A stretch of 51,028 nucleotides of DNA from an uncultured Acidimicrobiia bacterium (GTDB lineage Bacteria; Actinomycetota; Acidimicrobiia; Spongiisociales; UBA4744). The stretch spans positions 1 through 51,028 of the forward strand of contig CAZQMF010000006.1 in assembly GCA_964594235.1 (NCBI GenBank). The letters run 5' to 3'. The position numbers and the translations under genes were made by a program. The notes below the pieces were generated by a model, which saw only the letters and a program-made list of their open reading frames with translations, was not told where the DNA came from and did not search any database. Of the stretch, positions 17,523 to 26,790 are shown piece after piece (position 1 is the first letter of the stretch; every line of letters starts with the position of its first letter).

Positions 17523-18676
17523 CGGTCACCTCGATCACCCGTGCGAGAGCCGTACAGAGAGCCGTCGCTCACCGCCGTTCGGCGAACACTCGATTCACAG
17601 TGCTCCTGCTGGTCCCAATCGCGCTCCTCACCGTCATCGGCCTCGGCGCCATCCGCTCCGCATCATCGGTAGTGAGTCTCGAGAAGTATGGAAACGGGTG
17701 GACATACTTCAGCAAGCAGGCGGTGTGGATTGGTGTCGGCATCGTCGTCGCCGTTATCGCATCCAGGATTCCGTACAAGGTCTACAGACGAGCAGCGGTG
17801 CCGCTGCTGATCGCGTCCATCGTCGGGCTGATCGTCGTTTTGGAGATCGGTGTCGTGGGAGGCGGATCGCGCCGGTGGATCGCTGTCGGACCGGTCACCA
17901 TTCAGCCTTCGGAGTTCGCGAAGTTCGCTGTCGTCGTGTTTCTGGCCTCCGTCCTCGAACGCAAGGAGCGTCTCCTCGGTGACATCTGGCACCTGCTGGT
18001 TCCCCTTGGAGCGTCGGCCGGTATCTGCGGAATCCTGATCTTGCTCGAGCCGGATCTCGGTACTGCACTTGTCGTTCTCGGGGGAGCGTTCGCCGTTGCA
18101 GCCGTGTCTGCCGCCCGTGTACGGCACCTCCTTCTGGCGGGAGTCGGCGGGACCCTCGCCGCTGCACTGCTCGCGGTCGCATCGCCCTACCGGAGGCAGC
18201 GGATCCTTGCATTTCTGGACCCATTCGCAGACAGACTCGGCAGCGGCTGGCAGGTGGTCCAGAGCTACGTCGCCCTCGGAACCGGTGGCGCTTTCGGTGT
18301 CGGTCTGGGTGCGAGCAGGGCTCGGTGGTCGTACTTGCCGAACGCTCACACCGACTTCATATTCGCCATCATCGGCGAGGAAACCGGGTTCGCCGGTGGC
18401 GTGATGGTGCTTCTGCTGTTTGCCGTCATCGGGGTGGTCGGCTATCTGATCGCGATGCGGGCGCCTGACCGCTTCGGACGGATGCTCGCCGTCGGTATCG
18501 TGTCCTGGATCTCCCTGCAGGCGCTGGTGAACCTGGGCGGTGTCGTAGGACTGCTGCCCATCACCGGCATGCCTCTCCCGTTCATGTCGGTGGGTGGCAG
18601 CTCGATGATCACCGCGTTCGGAGCGATCGGCGTTTTGATCAACGTCGCGCGCAGCGGTATCAACGGGAAGGTATGA
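17519..18676 (+). CDS. ftsW: SEDS peptidoglycan polymerase FtsW
   Basis: RRWI, IQPSEFAK, EPDLGT, LPNAHTDFIFAIIGEE, PITGMPLPFMSVGGSS. Confidence 0.95.
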   Translation: MTVTSITRARAVQRAVAHRRSANTRFTVLLLVPIALLTVIGLGAIRSASSVVSLEKYGNGWTYFSKQAVWIGVGIVVAVIASRIPYKVYRRAAVPLLIASIVGLIVVLEIGVVGGGSRRWIAVGPVTIQPSEFAKFAVVVFLASVLERKERLLGDIWHLLVPLGASAGICGILILLEPDLGTALVVLGGAFAVAAVSAARVRHLLLAGVGGTLAAALLAVASPYRRQRILAFLDPFADRLGSGWQVVQSYVALGTGGAFGVGLGASRARWSYLPNAHTDFIFAIIGEETGFAGGVMVLLLFAVIGVVGYLIAMRAPDRFGRMLAVGIVSWISLQALVNLGGVVGLLPITGMPLPFMSVGGSSMITAFGAIGVLINVARSGINGKV

Positions 18677-19743
18677 GCTACGCGATCGCAGCAGCGGGGA
18701 CCGGGGGACACGTCTACCCGGGGCTCGCAGTGGCCTCGGAGCTCGTCGGAAAGGGCGTCCCGAGGGAGGACGTTCTGTTCATTGGTGGCGACAGGCTCGA
18801 AGCGAAGGTGTACCCGGACAACGGCTTCCCATTCTGCAGTGTGAGACTCCAGAGCCTGAAGCGGAGCCTCTCGCCCGACAACCTCCGACTCCCAGGTGTG
18901 CTGCGCTCAGCGGTCCGTCATGTGAGAGGAGAACTCCGGGATCGTGGTGTGCGCGTGGTCCTTGGAATGGGTTCGTATGTGACGGTGCCCGTCGCGTGGG
19001 CAGCTCACAAGGAGCGAGTGCCGTACTTCCTCCACGAACAGAACGGCGAGGCGGGACTCGCCAACAAGGTGATGTCGCGTTGGGCCGTTTCCACGTTCGT
19101 CGCCTTCGACGGCACCCGCGGGGTGCACCGGCCGGAGCTTGTCGGGACACCGATCAGAGCGAACCTCACCGACTATCGGAGATCGGATCTCCGGCATGAG
19201 GCGTTGACCCGGTACGGGATCGAACCGGGAAACGTCGTTGTTGGTGTGTTTGGCGGCAGTTTGGGTGCGGGTGCCATCAACGACGCGATATCCCACCTGG
19301 CGACGACCTGGAGTGGCCCCAAAGTCACCCTGCTGCACCTGGTGGGGGAACGAAACGTAGATCACATCGACACAGCCGGCTCGCGTGTACCGTGGATCGT
19401 CGTGGGGTTCGAGGAGTCGATGGAGTACTTCTATGCAGCCAGCGATCTGCTCATCGCTCGTGCAGGTGGATCCGTCGCCGAGATTGCCGCGACACACACG
19501 CCGTCGGTGCTCGTACCGGGCGGTTTCGGCGGGGGGCATCAGACTGCCAACGCGGAGGCGATGCAACGAGCCGGGGCTGCGGTGATGCTCCCCGAGGAGC
19601 GGCTCGGGGAACTCGCAGAGGTGATAGACGGGCTCGTCGGCGATGCCTCGATCAGAAGATCGATGGCGCGTTCGGCGGGATCCATCGCCCGAACCGATGC
19701 AGCTTCTCGCATCGCGACGCGACTGATCGATGCTCATGGCTGA
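18673..19743 (+). CDS. murG: Lipid I GlcNAc transferase
   Basis: AAGTGGHVYPG, HEQN, FGGSLGA, HQTANA. Confidence 0.95.
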   Translation: MSYAIAAAGTGGHVYPGLAVASELVGKGVPREDVLFIGGDRLEAKVYPDNGFPFCSVRLQSLKRSLSPDNLRLPGVLRSAVRHVRGELRDRGVRVVLGMGSYVTVPVAWAAHKERVPYFLHEQNGEAGLANKVMSRWAVSTFVAFDGTRGVHRPELVGTPIRANLTDYRRSDLRHEALTRYGIEPGNVVVGVFGGSLGAGAINDAISHLATTWSGPKVTLLHLVGERNVDHIDTAGSRVPWIVVGFEESMEYFYAASDLLIARAGGSVAEIAATHTPSVLVPGGFGGGHQTANAEAMQRAGAAVMLPEERLGELAEVIDGLVGDASIRRSMARSAGSIARTDAASRIATRLIDAHG

Positions 19744-21079
19744 ACTGGCAGAACACGTACACATCATTGGAGTCGGGGGCTCTGGGATGAGCGCGATCGC
19801 CAGATTGCTCGCCGGGCTCGGTCATGAAGTGACCGGCTCGGATCTTCATCCGGGTCCCACACTCGACCGACTTGTCGATGTCGGCGTTCATACCTGGGTC
19901 GGTCACCGACCCGACGCGCTACGGTCGGCCGATCTCGTCGTGGCCTCATCCGCCGTACCCGAATCCGATCCCGAACGTCGAGCAGCAGCGCGCTTGGGCA
20001 TTCCGGTCTGGGATCGGCCTCAGCTGCTCGAAGTCCTCTCCGAGCAGACACCTACGATCGGGGCAACGGGCACTCATGGGAAGACCACGTCGACAGCTCT
20101 GATGCTGTTCGCCGCGAGGGGTGTGGGACTCGATCCATCCTTTGTGATCGGGGGTGAGCTCGTCGGTCTCGACACGAATGCAGGAGTGGGGGAGGACGAT
20201 TTGTTCGTCCTCGAGGTGGATGAGGCATTCGGCACATTCCTCGGCCTACGCCTTCGAGGGCTGGTCGTCACGAATCTGGAAGCGGACCATCTCGACTACT
20301 ACCAGACGGTCGAAAGGCTGGAGGATGCCTTCGTCGACGTGGTTCGGAGAGTCGACGGACCGGTGGTCCTCTGTGAGGACGATTCCGGGGCCCGGAGAGT
20401 CGCCGGCCGTACCGGCCGACCGACCTACGGGCTTTCATCGGAGGCGAGCATTCGGATCGAAGACGTAGACGTGGACGGATCGGAGGTACGTTTCCGATTC
20501 GAGGGCAGACCGGTCGTCGTGTCCAAGCCCGGTGTCCATATCGCGAGGAACGCTGGTGGAGTGCTCGCCCTCGCCGGCGAGCTTGGCATGGACATCGATG
20601 CAGCAATCGAAGGTCTGAGGGCATTCCGAGGCGTCAAGCGGCGCTTCGAGTTCCTCGGCAAGGCCGCCGGGGTGACTGTCATCGACGACTATGCGCACCT
20701 GCCCACCGAAATCGCGACGAACCTCGACGCGGCCAGGAACGGATCGTGGAGACGGATCTGGGCGGTCTTCCAGCCCCATCGGTATACCCGCACCCTCGAA
20801 CTCCACCGGGAGTTCGGCATCGTATTCGCTGCGGCCGATGAAGTCGTGGTCACGGACGTGTACCCGGCAGACGAACCGCCTATACCCGGAGTGAGCGGGG
20901 AGCTGATCGCCGACGCGATCCGTGCCCACCGGCCGAACGTGTCGTATGTACCGAACAGAGGGGACCTCGCGACGTTCATCGCACGGTCGGTCCAGGATGG
21001 TGATCTCGTGTTGACGCTCGGTGCGGGAGACATCTCGCGTCTGGGTCCTGAGCTGATCGACCTGCTGGAGCGCCGATGA
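19730..21079 (+). CDS. murC: UDP-MurNAc--L-alanine ligase
   Basis: IGVGGSGMS, GTHGKTT, NLEADHLD, DDYAHLPTEI, FQPHRYTR. Confidence 0.96.
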   Translation: MLMAELAEHVHIIGVGGSGMSAIARLLAGLGHEVTGSDLHPGPTLDRLVDVGVHTWVGHRPDALRSADLVVASSAVPESDPERRAAARLGIPVWDRPQLLEVLSEQTPTIGATGTHGKTTSTALMLFAARGVGLDPSFVIGGELVGLDTNAGVGEDDLFVLEVDEAFGTFLGLRLRGLVVTNLEADHLDYYQTVERLEDAFVDVVRRVDGPVVLCEDDSGARRVAGRTGRPTYGLSSEASIRIEDVDVDGSEVRFRFEGRPVVVSKPGVHIARNAGGVLALAGELGMDIDAAIEGLRAFRGVKRRFEFLGKAAGVTVIDDYAHLPTEIATNLDAARNGSWRRIWAVFQPHRYTRTLELHREFGIVFAAADEVVVTDVYPADEPPIPGVSGELIADAIRAHRPNVSYVPNRGDLATFIARSVQDGDLVLTLGAGDISRLGPELIDLLERR

Positions 21080-21957
21080 CCACATGGGACGATGTCGCAA
21101 CGCGAGACGTGCCCCTCGCGCCGCTCACCACCTACAAGCTGGGTGGTTCAGCCCGCTACCTCGCCACGCCCGAACGCGAGCAGGAACTCGCGCGCATCGT
21201 CGACCTCCTCAGAGACGACCCTCTTCCCGTCGCCGTACTCGGGCGCGGGAGCAACGTCCTGATCTCGGATCGAGGCTTCGACGGTCTGGTCATCCGGCTC
21301 GGCGGGGGGTTCTCCTGGGTGTCGGTCGGAGAGACCATCAGCGCCGGATCGGCTACGCCCCTCCCTCTCCTTGCCCGAACAGCGGCGAGAGCCGGGAGAT
21401 CAGGGCTGGAGTTCTACGTGGGGATACCAGGATCGGTCGGTGGTGCGTTGACGATGAATGCGGGGTGCCATGGGTCCGACACCAAGGACGTCCTCGCGAC
21501 CGCGAGCGTTCTCGACCTCTCAGACGGTGCAGTGCGACAGGTTGACGCCGCAGCACTGGACCTGTCGTACCGTCACTCCAATCTTGGTCCTCTCCAGGTG
21601 GTCCTGCAGGCGGAGTTCGCGACTGAGCCGGCAGACGCTGCCGACTGTGAGCGCCGCATTCGAGAGATCACCCGGTGGCGCAAGGCGCACCAACCCGGCG
21701 GTGTCCTCAACGCAGGCAGCGTGTTCAAGAACCCACCCGGTGACAGTGCAGGTCGCCTCATCGACCGGGCCGGCCTGAAGGGTTTGACCGTCGGAGGGGC
21801 TCGCATCTCGCCCATGCATGCCAACTTCATCGAAGCGGGAAGGAACGCAACGGCACTCGACGTCTACCGCTTGATCCGGACCGTGCAGACGAAGATGGAG
21901 GAACGTGGCATCCACCTCGATCCCGAAGTGCGACTCCTTGGCAGCTTTGAGGATTGA
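21076..21957 (+). CDS. murB: UDP-N-acetylenolpyruvoylglucosamine reductase
   Basis: TTYKLGG, GRGSNVL, GIPGSVGGALTMNAG, AGSVFKNP, HANF. Confidence 0.95.
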   Translation: MTTWDDVATRDVPLAPLTTYKLGGSARYLATPEREQELARIVDLLRDDPLPVAVLGRGSNVLISDRGFDGLVIRLGGGFSWVSVGETISAGSATPLPLLARTAARAGRSGLEFYVGIPGSVGGALTMNAGCHGSDTKDVLATASVLDLSDGAVRQVDAAALDLSYRHSNLGPLQVVLQAEFATEPADAADCERRIREITRWRKAHQPGGVLNAGSVFKNPPGDSAGRLIDRAGLKGLTVGGARISPMHANFIEAGRNATALDVYRLIRTVQTKMEERGIHLDPEVRLLGSFED

Positions 21958-22703
21958 TCGTGGACCCGCGGATCGAACGAAGACGGCGCACGGTGAGGGA
22001 GAACACCCTGCACCGACGGTTGAGAACGATCCTGTGGCTATGCGTACTCGGTGCGCTGGTCGGTGCAGTGGTCTGGGTCCTGCAGTCTCCCCTACTCGAG
22101 GTTCGGACCATCGGCGTCTACGGCGTGAATCGATCCTCGGTCGCCGAGGCCCTTCAGAACGCAGGTGTCGAGGTGGGTTCACCGATGGTTCGGGTCAGCG
22201 TCGCCAAGCTCGAAATCCTCCTGGAGGAGGACCCGTGGGTTGCCTCCGCGCACGTGGAACGAACGTTCCCGCATACGGTCGAGGTAGATGTCAGTGAGCG
22301 GTCGGTCGCTGCCGGGGTGACGTCCCGCAGTGGGTGGATGCTGCTTTCGATGGACGGCATCGTGCTCGGTCCCGCGGACTCGCTTCCAGACGGGGCGGCC
22401 AGACTGGTCATGGAGAATGTAGATCCCGGACCGGCAGGGGAGCCGCCCCAGAGCGAGATGATTGCCGGCGGCCTCGAGTTCGCGACCACCCTCCGGCCGG
22501 ATCTTCGAGGTGGTGTGAGCATCAGAATACGAGACGGTGAACTGTGGGCGAGCATGGACTCCGTGTCGGTACGGCTCGGACCACCCCTCGAGATGGCAGC
22601 GAAGGCCAAGGCTCTCGAAGCGCTGCTCGAGACCGGAGTGCCGGACGGCGCGGTGATCAACCTCATCGCTCCGTCTCGTCCCGCGGTCCAAGGTTCTAGT
22701 TGA
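21954..22703 (+). CDS. ftsQ: Cell division protein FtsQ/DivIB
   Basis: N-terminal TM, POTRA (PWVASAHVERTFPHTVEVDVSER); lies before ftsZ. Confidence 0.88.
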   Translation: MIVDPRIERRRRTVRENTLHRRLRTILWLCVLGALVGAVVWVLQSPLLEVRTIGVYGVNRSSVAEALQNAGVEVGSPMVRVSVAKLEILLEEDPWVASAHVERTFPHTVEVDVSERSVAAGVTSRSGWMLLSMDGIVLGPADSLPDGAARLVMENVDPGPAGEPPQSEMIAGGLEFATTLRPDLRGGVSIRIRDGELWASMDSVSVRLGPPLEMAAKAKALEALLETGVPDGAVINLIAPSRPAVQGSS

Positions 22704-22774
22704 GGGTGAAGGTATAGACATTGGCTGACCGTCTACAGTGGCCTAAAGTTGCGATAGAGAGTGAGGTGTCGAGC

Positions 22775-23812
22775 ATGGCGTCGTCGAGGACAACATCACC
22801 ACAGAGCTACCTGGCCGTTATCAAGGTCGTCGGTGTCGGAGGTGGCGGCGTCAACGCCGTCAATCGGATGGTCGATGCCGGAGTGCGAGGAGTCGAGTTC
22901 ATCGCGGTCAACACGGACGCACAGACGCTGCTGATGTCGGATGCGGATGTGAAGCTGGACTTGGGACGAGATATCACGAGGGGATTGGGAGCGGGTGCAG
23001 ACCCGGACGTGGGGCGTTCAGCCGCAGAAAGCCACAGGGAAGAGATCGAGGAGATTCTGCGTGGCGCCGACATGGTGTTCGTGACCGCCGGTGAGGGTGG
23101 TGGCACCGGCACCGGAGCGGCCCCTATCGTCGCCGAGATCGCGAAGGAGAGCGGCGCGCTCACCGTTGGTGTCGTGACCAGGCCGTTCGGCTTCGAGGGC
23201 CGCCGACGGTCGCTGCAGGCGGAGCAGGGGATCCAGAACCTCCGCGAGGCCGTGGACACCCTGATCGTGATTCCGAACGATCGTCTCATGGAACTGACCG
23301 ATCCCAAGACTCCGATGATCGAGGCGTTCAGGATGGCCGACGAAGTTCTCACCGGCGGTGTCGCTGGGATCACCAATCTGATTACGACGCCGGGGCTCAT
23401 CAATGTGGACTTCGCCGATGTGAGGACGATCCTGACCGACGCCGGCACGGCCGTGATGGGAATCGGACGTTCCTCTGGAGAAGGCCGTGCAAGCCAAGCG
23501 GCCCAGCGGGCGATTTCGAGCGGCCTCTTGGAGACGTCGATGGAGGGCGCCCGTGGAGTGCTGCTGATGGTTGCAGGGCCGGAGGACATGACGCTTCACG
23601 AAGTGAACGACGCAGCGAACCTCGTCAAAGACAAGAGTGACAACGAGGCGGACATCATCTTCGGAGCGGTTGTCGACGGTGGACTTGGAGATGAGATCCA
23701 CGTGACCGTCATCGCTGCCGGCTTCGACCGGACGCGCTCGGTGACCGGTTTCACGTCGGGCCGGTTCCGCGGCGACGATGACGACCTGATTCCCAGTTTC
23801 GTACAGGGATGA
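22775..23812 (+). CDS. ftsZ: Cell division protein FtsZ
   Basis: [21 protein letters not shown] tubulin motif, INVDFAD, C-terminal DDDLIPSF; GAGGTG SD before ATG at 22775. Confidence 0.98.
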   Translation: MASSRTTSPQSYLAVIKVVGVGGGGVNAVNRMVDAGVRGVEFIAVNTDAQTLLMSDADVKLDLGRDITRGLGAGADPDVGRSAAESHREEIEEILRGADMVFVTAGEGGGTGTGAAPIVAEIAKESGALTVGVVTRPFGFEGRRRSLQAEQGIQNLREAVDTLIVIPNDRLMELTDPKTPMIEAFRMADEVLTGGVAGITNLITTPGLINVDFADVRTILTDAGTAVMGIGRSSGEGRASQAAQRAISSGLLETSMEGARGVLLMVAGPEDMTLHEVNDAANLVKDKSDNEADIIFGAVVDGGLGDEIHVTVIAAGFDRTRSVTGFTSGRFRGDDDDLIPSFVQG

Positions 23813-24420
23813 CGTGTCTCGGGGCAGCGTTCAGCACGGCCGTCGACGGTGACCTGAGGGCCGACCTCGGAGCCCGGCGGGTGTTCGCTACACGGCTAGG
23901 CATCCCCGAAGGGTGGGCCACTGTGCGGCAAGTGCATGGAGCGAACGTTGTACGTGTCCACGGACCGGGAGATGCCGGGGAAGCCGATGCGCTATTCACG
24001 AGCCGGCGCCGGCTGCCGCTGGTCGTCTTCACTGCGGACTGCTTCGGCGTTGCACTGCTGGGTCCCCGGGCTGTGGGCATTGCGCACGCAGGGTGGAGAG
24101 GGGCTTCGGACGGGGTCGTCGGCTCCTTGCGCCAGGCGATGGATCGTGCGGGGGTCGCGCCGGAGCGAGCATGCATCGGGCCCGGCATTCGGTCGTGCTG
24201 CTTCGAGGTCGGTCCCGAGGTGCTGGCTCGTTTCGAGAGCCACCAGGCGAAGACGACCTGGGGAACTCCTAGTGTGGACATCGAAGGTGCGTTGCGCGAC
24301 GAACTCGCAGGACTCGAGATCGTCGCGTCCGGCGGGTGCACTCGTTGTGATGTCGGGTATTTCTCTCACCGTCGCGACGGCACTCGAGATCGAATGGCGG
24401 GTGTGGTGTGGTTGCAGTGA
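23809..24420 (+). CDS. pgeF: PgeF/YfiH/YlmD family purine nucleoside phosphorylase / peptidoglycan editing factor
   Basis: [39 protein letters not shown]. Confidence 0.9.
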   Translation: MTCLGAAFSTAVDGDLRADLGARRVFATRLGIPEGWATVRQVHGANVVRVHGPGDAGEADALFTSRRRLPLVVFTADCFGVALLGPRAVGIAHAGWRGASDGVVGSLRQAMDRAGVAPERACIGPGIRSCCFEVGPEVLARFESHQAKTTWGTPSVDIEGALRDELAGLEIVASGGCTRCDVGYFSHRRDGTRDRMAGVVWLQ

Positions 24421-25085
24421 GGCTCACCGAGGTTGAGGAGCGAATCGAGCGGGCGGTGGCCCGGGCGGGGCGCCGACGCGCAGATGTGAGGCTCGTGGCG
24501 ATTGGAAAGAGCCAGCCCGTCACAGTCCTTCGTGAGGCGTACGCACAGGGACAGCGGCTCTTCGGGGAGAATCGCGCCCAAGAACTCGTCGCCAAAGCAG
24601 CCGAGCTTCCGGAGGACATCGAGTGGCACTTCGTCGGACACCTCCAACGCAACAAAGTCCGTCACGTTCGTCCGATCGTGAACCTGCTCCACTCGATGGA
24701 TTCGGCGTCGCTCGGCACGGCATGGCTGAAAGGTCCTGGCTTCGCTCCTCCGGTGCTCGTCGAGGTGAATATCGGAGCGGAACCACAGAAGCCGGGTGTT
24801 GCCGTTCCGGACGTCGAGCGGGTCGTCGGTACGCTCGTCGAGCTTGGCGTGGATGTGCGCGGTCTCATGGCGGTTCCACCGATGGTCGACGACCCCGAGA
24901 ACGCCCGTTCGTTCTTTCGAGATCTCCGGCGCCTGCGCGATCGGATCTCCACAACCTGGTCGACGGTACGCGAGCTATCGATGGGTATGAGTGACGACTT
25001 CGAGATCGCGATCGAGGAGGGATCAACAATGATTCGCGTCGGACGGGCTATCTTTGGTCCTCGCATGACACAGGGGACCGTATGA
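24408..25085 (+). CDS. yggS: PLP homeostasis protein (YggS family)
   Basis: FGENRAQE, WHFVGHLQRNK, LSMGMSDDFEIAIEEGSTMIRVGRAIFG. Confidence 0.95.
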   Translation: MVAVRLTEVEERIERAVARAGRRRADVRLVAIGKSQPVTVLREAYAQGQRLFGENRAQELVAKAAELPEDIEWHFVGHLQRNKVRHVRPIVNLLHSMDSASLGTAWLKGPGFAPPVLVEVNIGAEPQKPGVAVPDVERVVGTLVELGVDVRGLMAVPPMVDDPENARSFFRDLRRLRDRISTTWSTVRELSMGMSDDFEIAIEEGSTMIRVGRAIFGPRMTQGTV

Positions 25086-25582
25086 GTTCGATGTTCCAGA
25101 AGGCGCTGCTGTACCTGGGGCTGGTTGACGAGGAGAACCTCGAAGAGGAAGAGCCTCAGATGCCTGCTACCTCGACGCCACCCCTGCAATCGAGTATCCG
25201 GACGGTCACGCCGAGTGAGGCGCCGTTTCGGGGACGCAGGGTGGAACCTCCGCAGGAGTTCGGGTACGGCTCATCGGTGCGACATGCCACCCGTGACGAA
25301 CTGCGGGCCGATGTCGTGGCTGCGGTCTCCTTCGACGATGCGAAAGCGCTCGCGGATCGTATCAGGAGCCGTAGGCCCGTCGTTCTGAACATGCGAGACA
25401 CGGACCCCGACATGGTTCGTCGCTTGATCGATTTCGCGAGTGGACTCACCTACGGGTTGGACGGCACCATGAGCAAGATCGCCGAAGGGGTGATTCTCGT
25501 TCTTCCGCACGGGGTATCGCTCGGTCGATCGGAAACGCAGCGTTTGGCGGAGTTGGGTCTGTACGCGTTGGATGACCTGTAG
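25082..25582 (+). CDS. sepF: Cell division protein SepF
   Basis: N-terminal amphipathic KALLYLGL; RRLIDFASGLTYGLDG. Confidence 0.9.
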   Translation: MSSMFQKALLYLGLVDEENLEEEEPQMPATSTPPLQSSIRTVTPSEAPFRGRRVEPPQEFGYGSSVRHATRDELRADVVAAVSFDDAKALADRIRSRRPVVLNMRDTDPDMVRRLIDFASGLTYGLDGTMSKIAEGVILVLPHGVSLGRSETQRLAELGLYALDDL

Positions 25583-25837
25583 ATGTCATTGTTGTGCAAC
25601 CTGATCTTCCTCTATGAGCTCGTGGTGTTCGCGCGCATTCTGCTCGACTGGATCCACCTTCCGTACGGTCACCCGGTTGCGAAGTTGCGCGACGGCCTCG
25701 GCGTCGTCGTCGATCCGGTACTGAGACCGATCCGGCGAGTGATCCCGCCGGTACGTCTCGGGGGGGTAGGGCTGGATTTGTCCCCTCTGGTGCTACTCGT
25801 CGGCCTGTCGCTTCTTCAGGGGATCGTATGCCGCTAG
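25583..25837 (+). CDS. YggT/YlmG (SepG) family membrane protein
   Basis: RILLDWI...DPVLRPIRRVIPPVRLGGVGLDLSPL. Confidence 0.9.
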   Translation: MSLLCNLIFLYELVVFARILLDWIHLPYGHPVAKLRDGLGVVVDPVLRPIRRVIPPVRLGGVGLDLSPLVLLVGLSLLQGIVCR

Positions 25838-25896
25838 TTTCAGGGTTCGAACGATGATCCAGGCTATCCTGCGCTTGCACGACGAGAGGTGATGCT

Positions 25897-26568
25897 ATGG
25901 CGCTGAGTGCGATCGATATCGAACAGAAGACATTTCGTGTGGCCCTCCGCGGCTATGCCGAGGAAGAGGTCGACGCGTTCCTCGATGAGGTCATCTCCAC
26001 GGTACGTTCGCTCGAGCAGCAGCTTCAGGAGTCTCGCAGTCGCATCGCGGATCTCGAGTCGAGGGTCGGCGACTCGAGGGATACCGAAGACCGTCTCACC
26101 CGCACGCTGGTCCTCGCGCAGAAGACCGCCGATGAGGTGGTACACGAGGCTCGATTCGAGGCGCAGCAGATCCTTTCGCAGGCTCGCCTCGACGCGTCCG
26201 AGATCGAATCCGAGCATGCCAGCAAGAAGGAGAGGCTCGGGTCCGAGGTGCAGTCACTTCAGAGCGCCGTCACCGAGCTGAGGGCGCACGTCAGGAGCCT
26301 GACCGACCGACTGTTGGAGCAAGTGGACGAAACCGAGTCCGCAATGAGTGACGTGGTGCCGGCCGAGCTGGAAGACGTCGAGCCGATCGCCGATGAGGAC
26401 TTCGAAAGCCATAACGGGATGGAAGTCGAAGACATGCTGGATGAGGGGTTCGAGGACGCGCTCGATGAAGTCGACGACGGAGTCGATGACGACGTCGACG
26501 AAGCTCGGGACTCGGGCGAGGTCTATCTCGGTTCTGATCGACGTCCCTGGGAACGCTACGGCGACTAG
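25897..26568 (+). CDS. divIVA: DivIVA domain protein
   Basis: DIEQKTFRVALRGYAEEEVDAFLDEV, coiled coils, very acidic tail. Confidence 0.9.
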   Translation: MALSAIDIEQKTFRVALRGYAEEEVDAFLDEVISTVRSLEQQLQESRSRIADLESRVGDSRDTEDRLTRTLVLAQKTADEVVHEARFEAQQILSQARLDASEIESEHASKKERLGSEVQSLQSAVTELRAHVRSLTDRLLEQVDETESAMSDVVPAELEDVEPIADEDFESHNGMEVEDMLDEGFEDALDEVDDGVDDDVDEARDSGEVYLGSDRRPWERYGD

Positions 26569-26789
26569 CTCGCTGCGCTCGCGGTCTTCGGTCTTCAGTC
26601 ATCGGTCTGCTGCACGCGGCCGCATCTATTGCGAGAGGTCAGGGCGGCTGGACTTGCACGTCACAGCTGCGTTTCTTGCTGGGAACTGACGATCCGTCGG
26701 GACGAAGGAGCCGTCATGCCAACTCAGATCGCGTCGCTTCTCACCGAGAACCGATGACCGACAACCGAGAACGGCTCGCGAAGCGAGCC
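26568..26789. repeat. Heptamer-array element with inverted arms, copy B
   Basis: Left arm GCTCGCTGCGCTCGC-GGTCTTC-GGTCTTC-AGTCATC-GGTCTGC; right arm ACCGAGA-ACCGATG-ACCGACA-ACCGAGA-AC-GGCTCGCGAAGCGAGCC; between convergent divIVA and ileS. Confidence 0.85.
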
Positions 26790-26790
26790 C

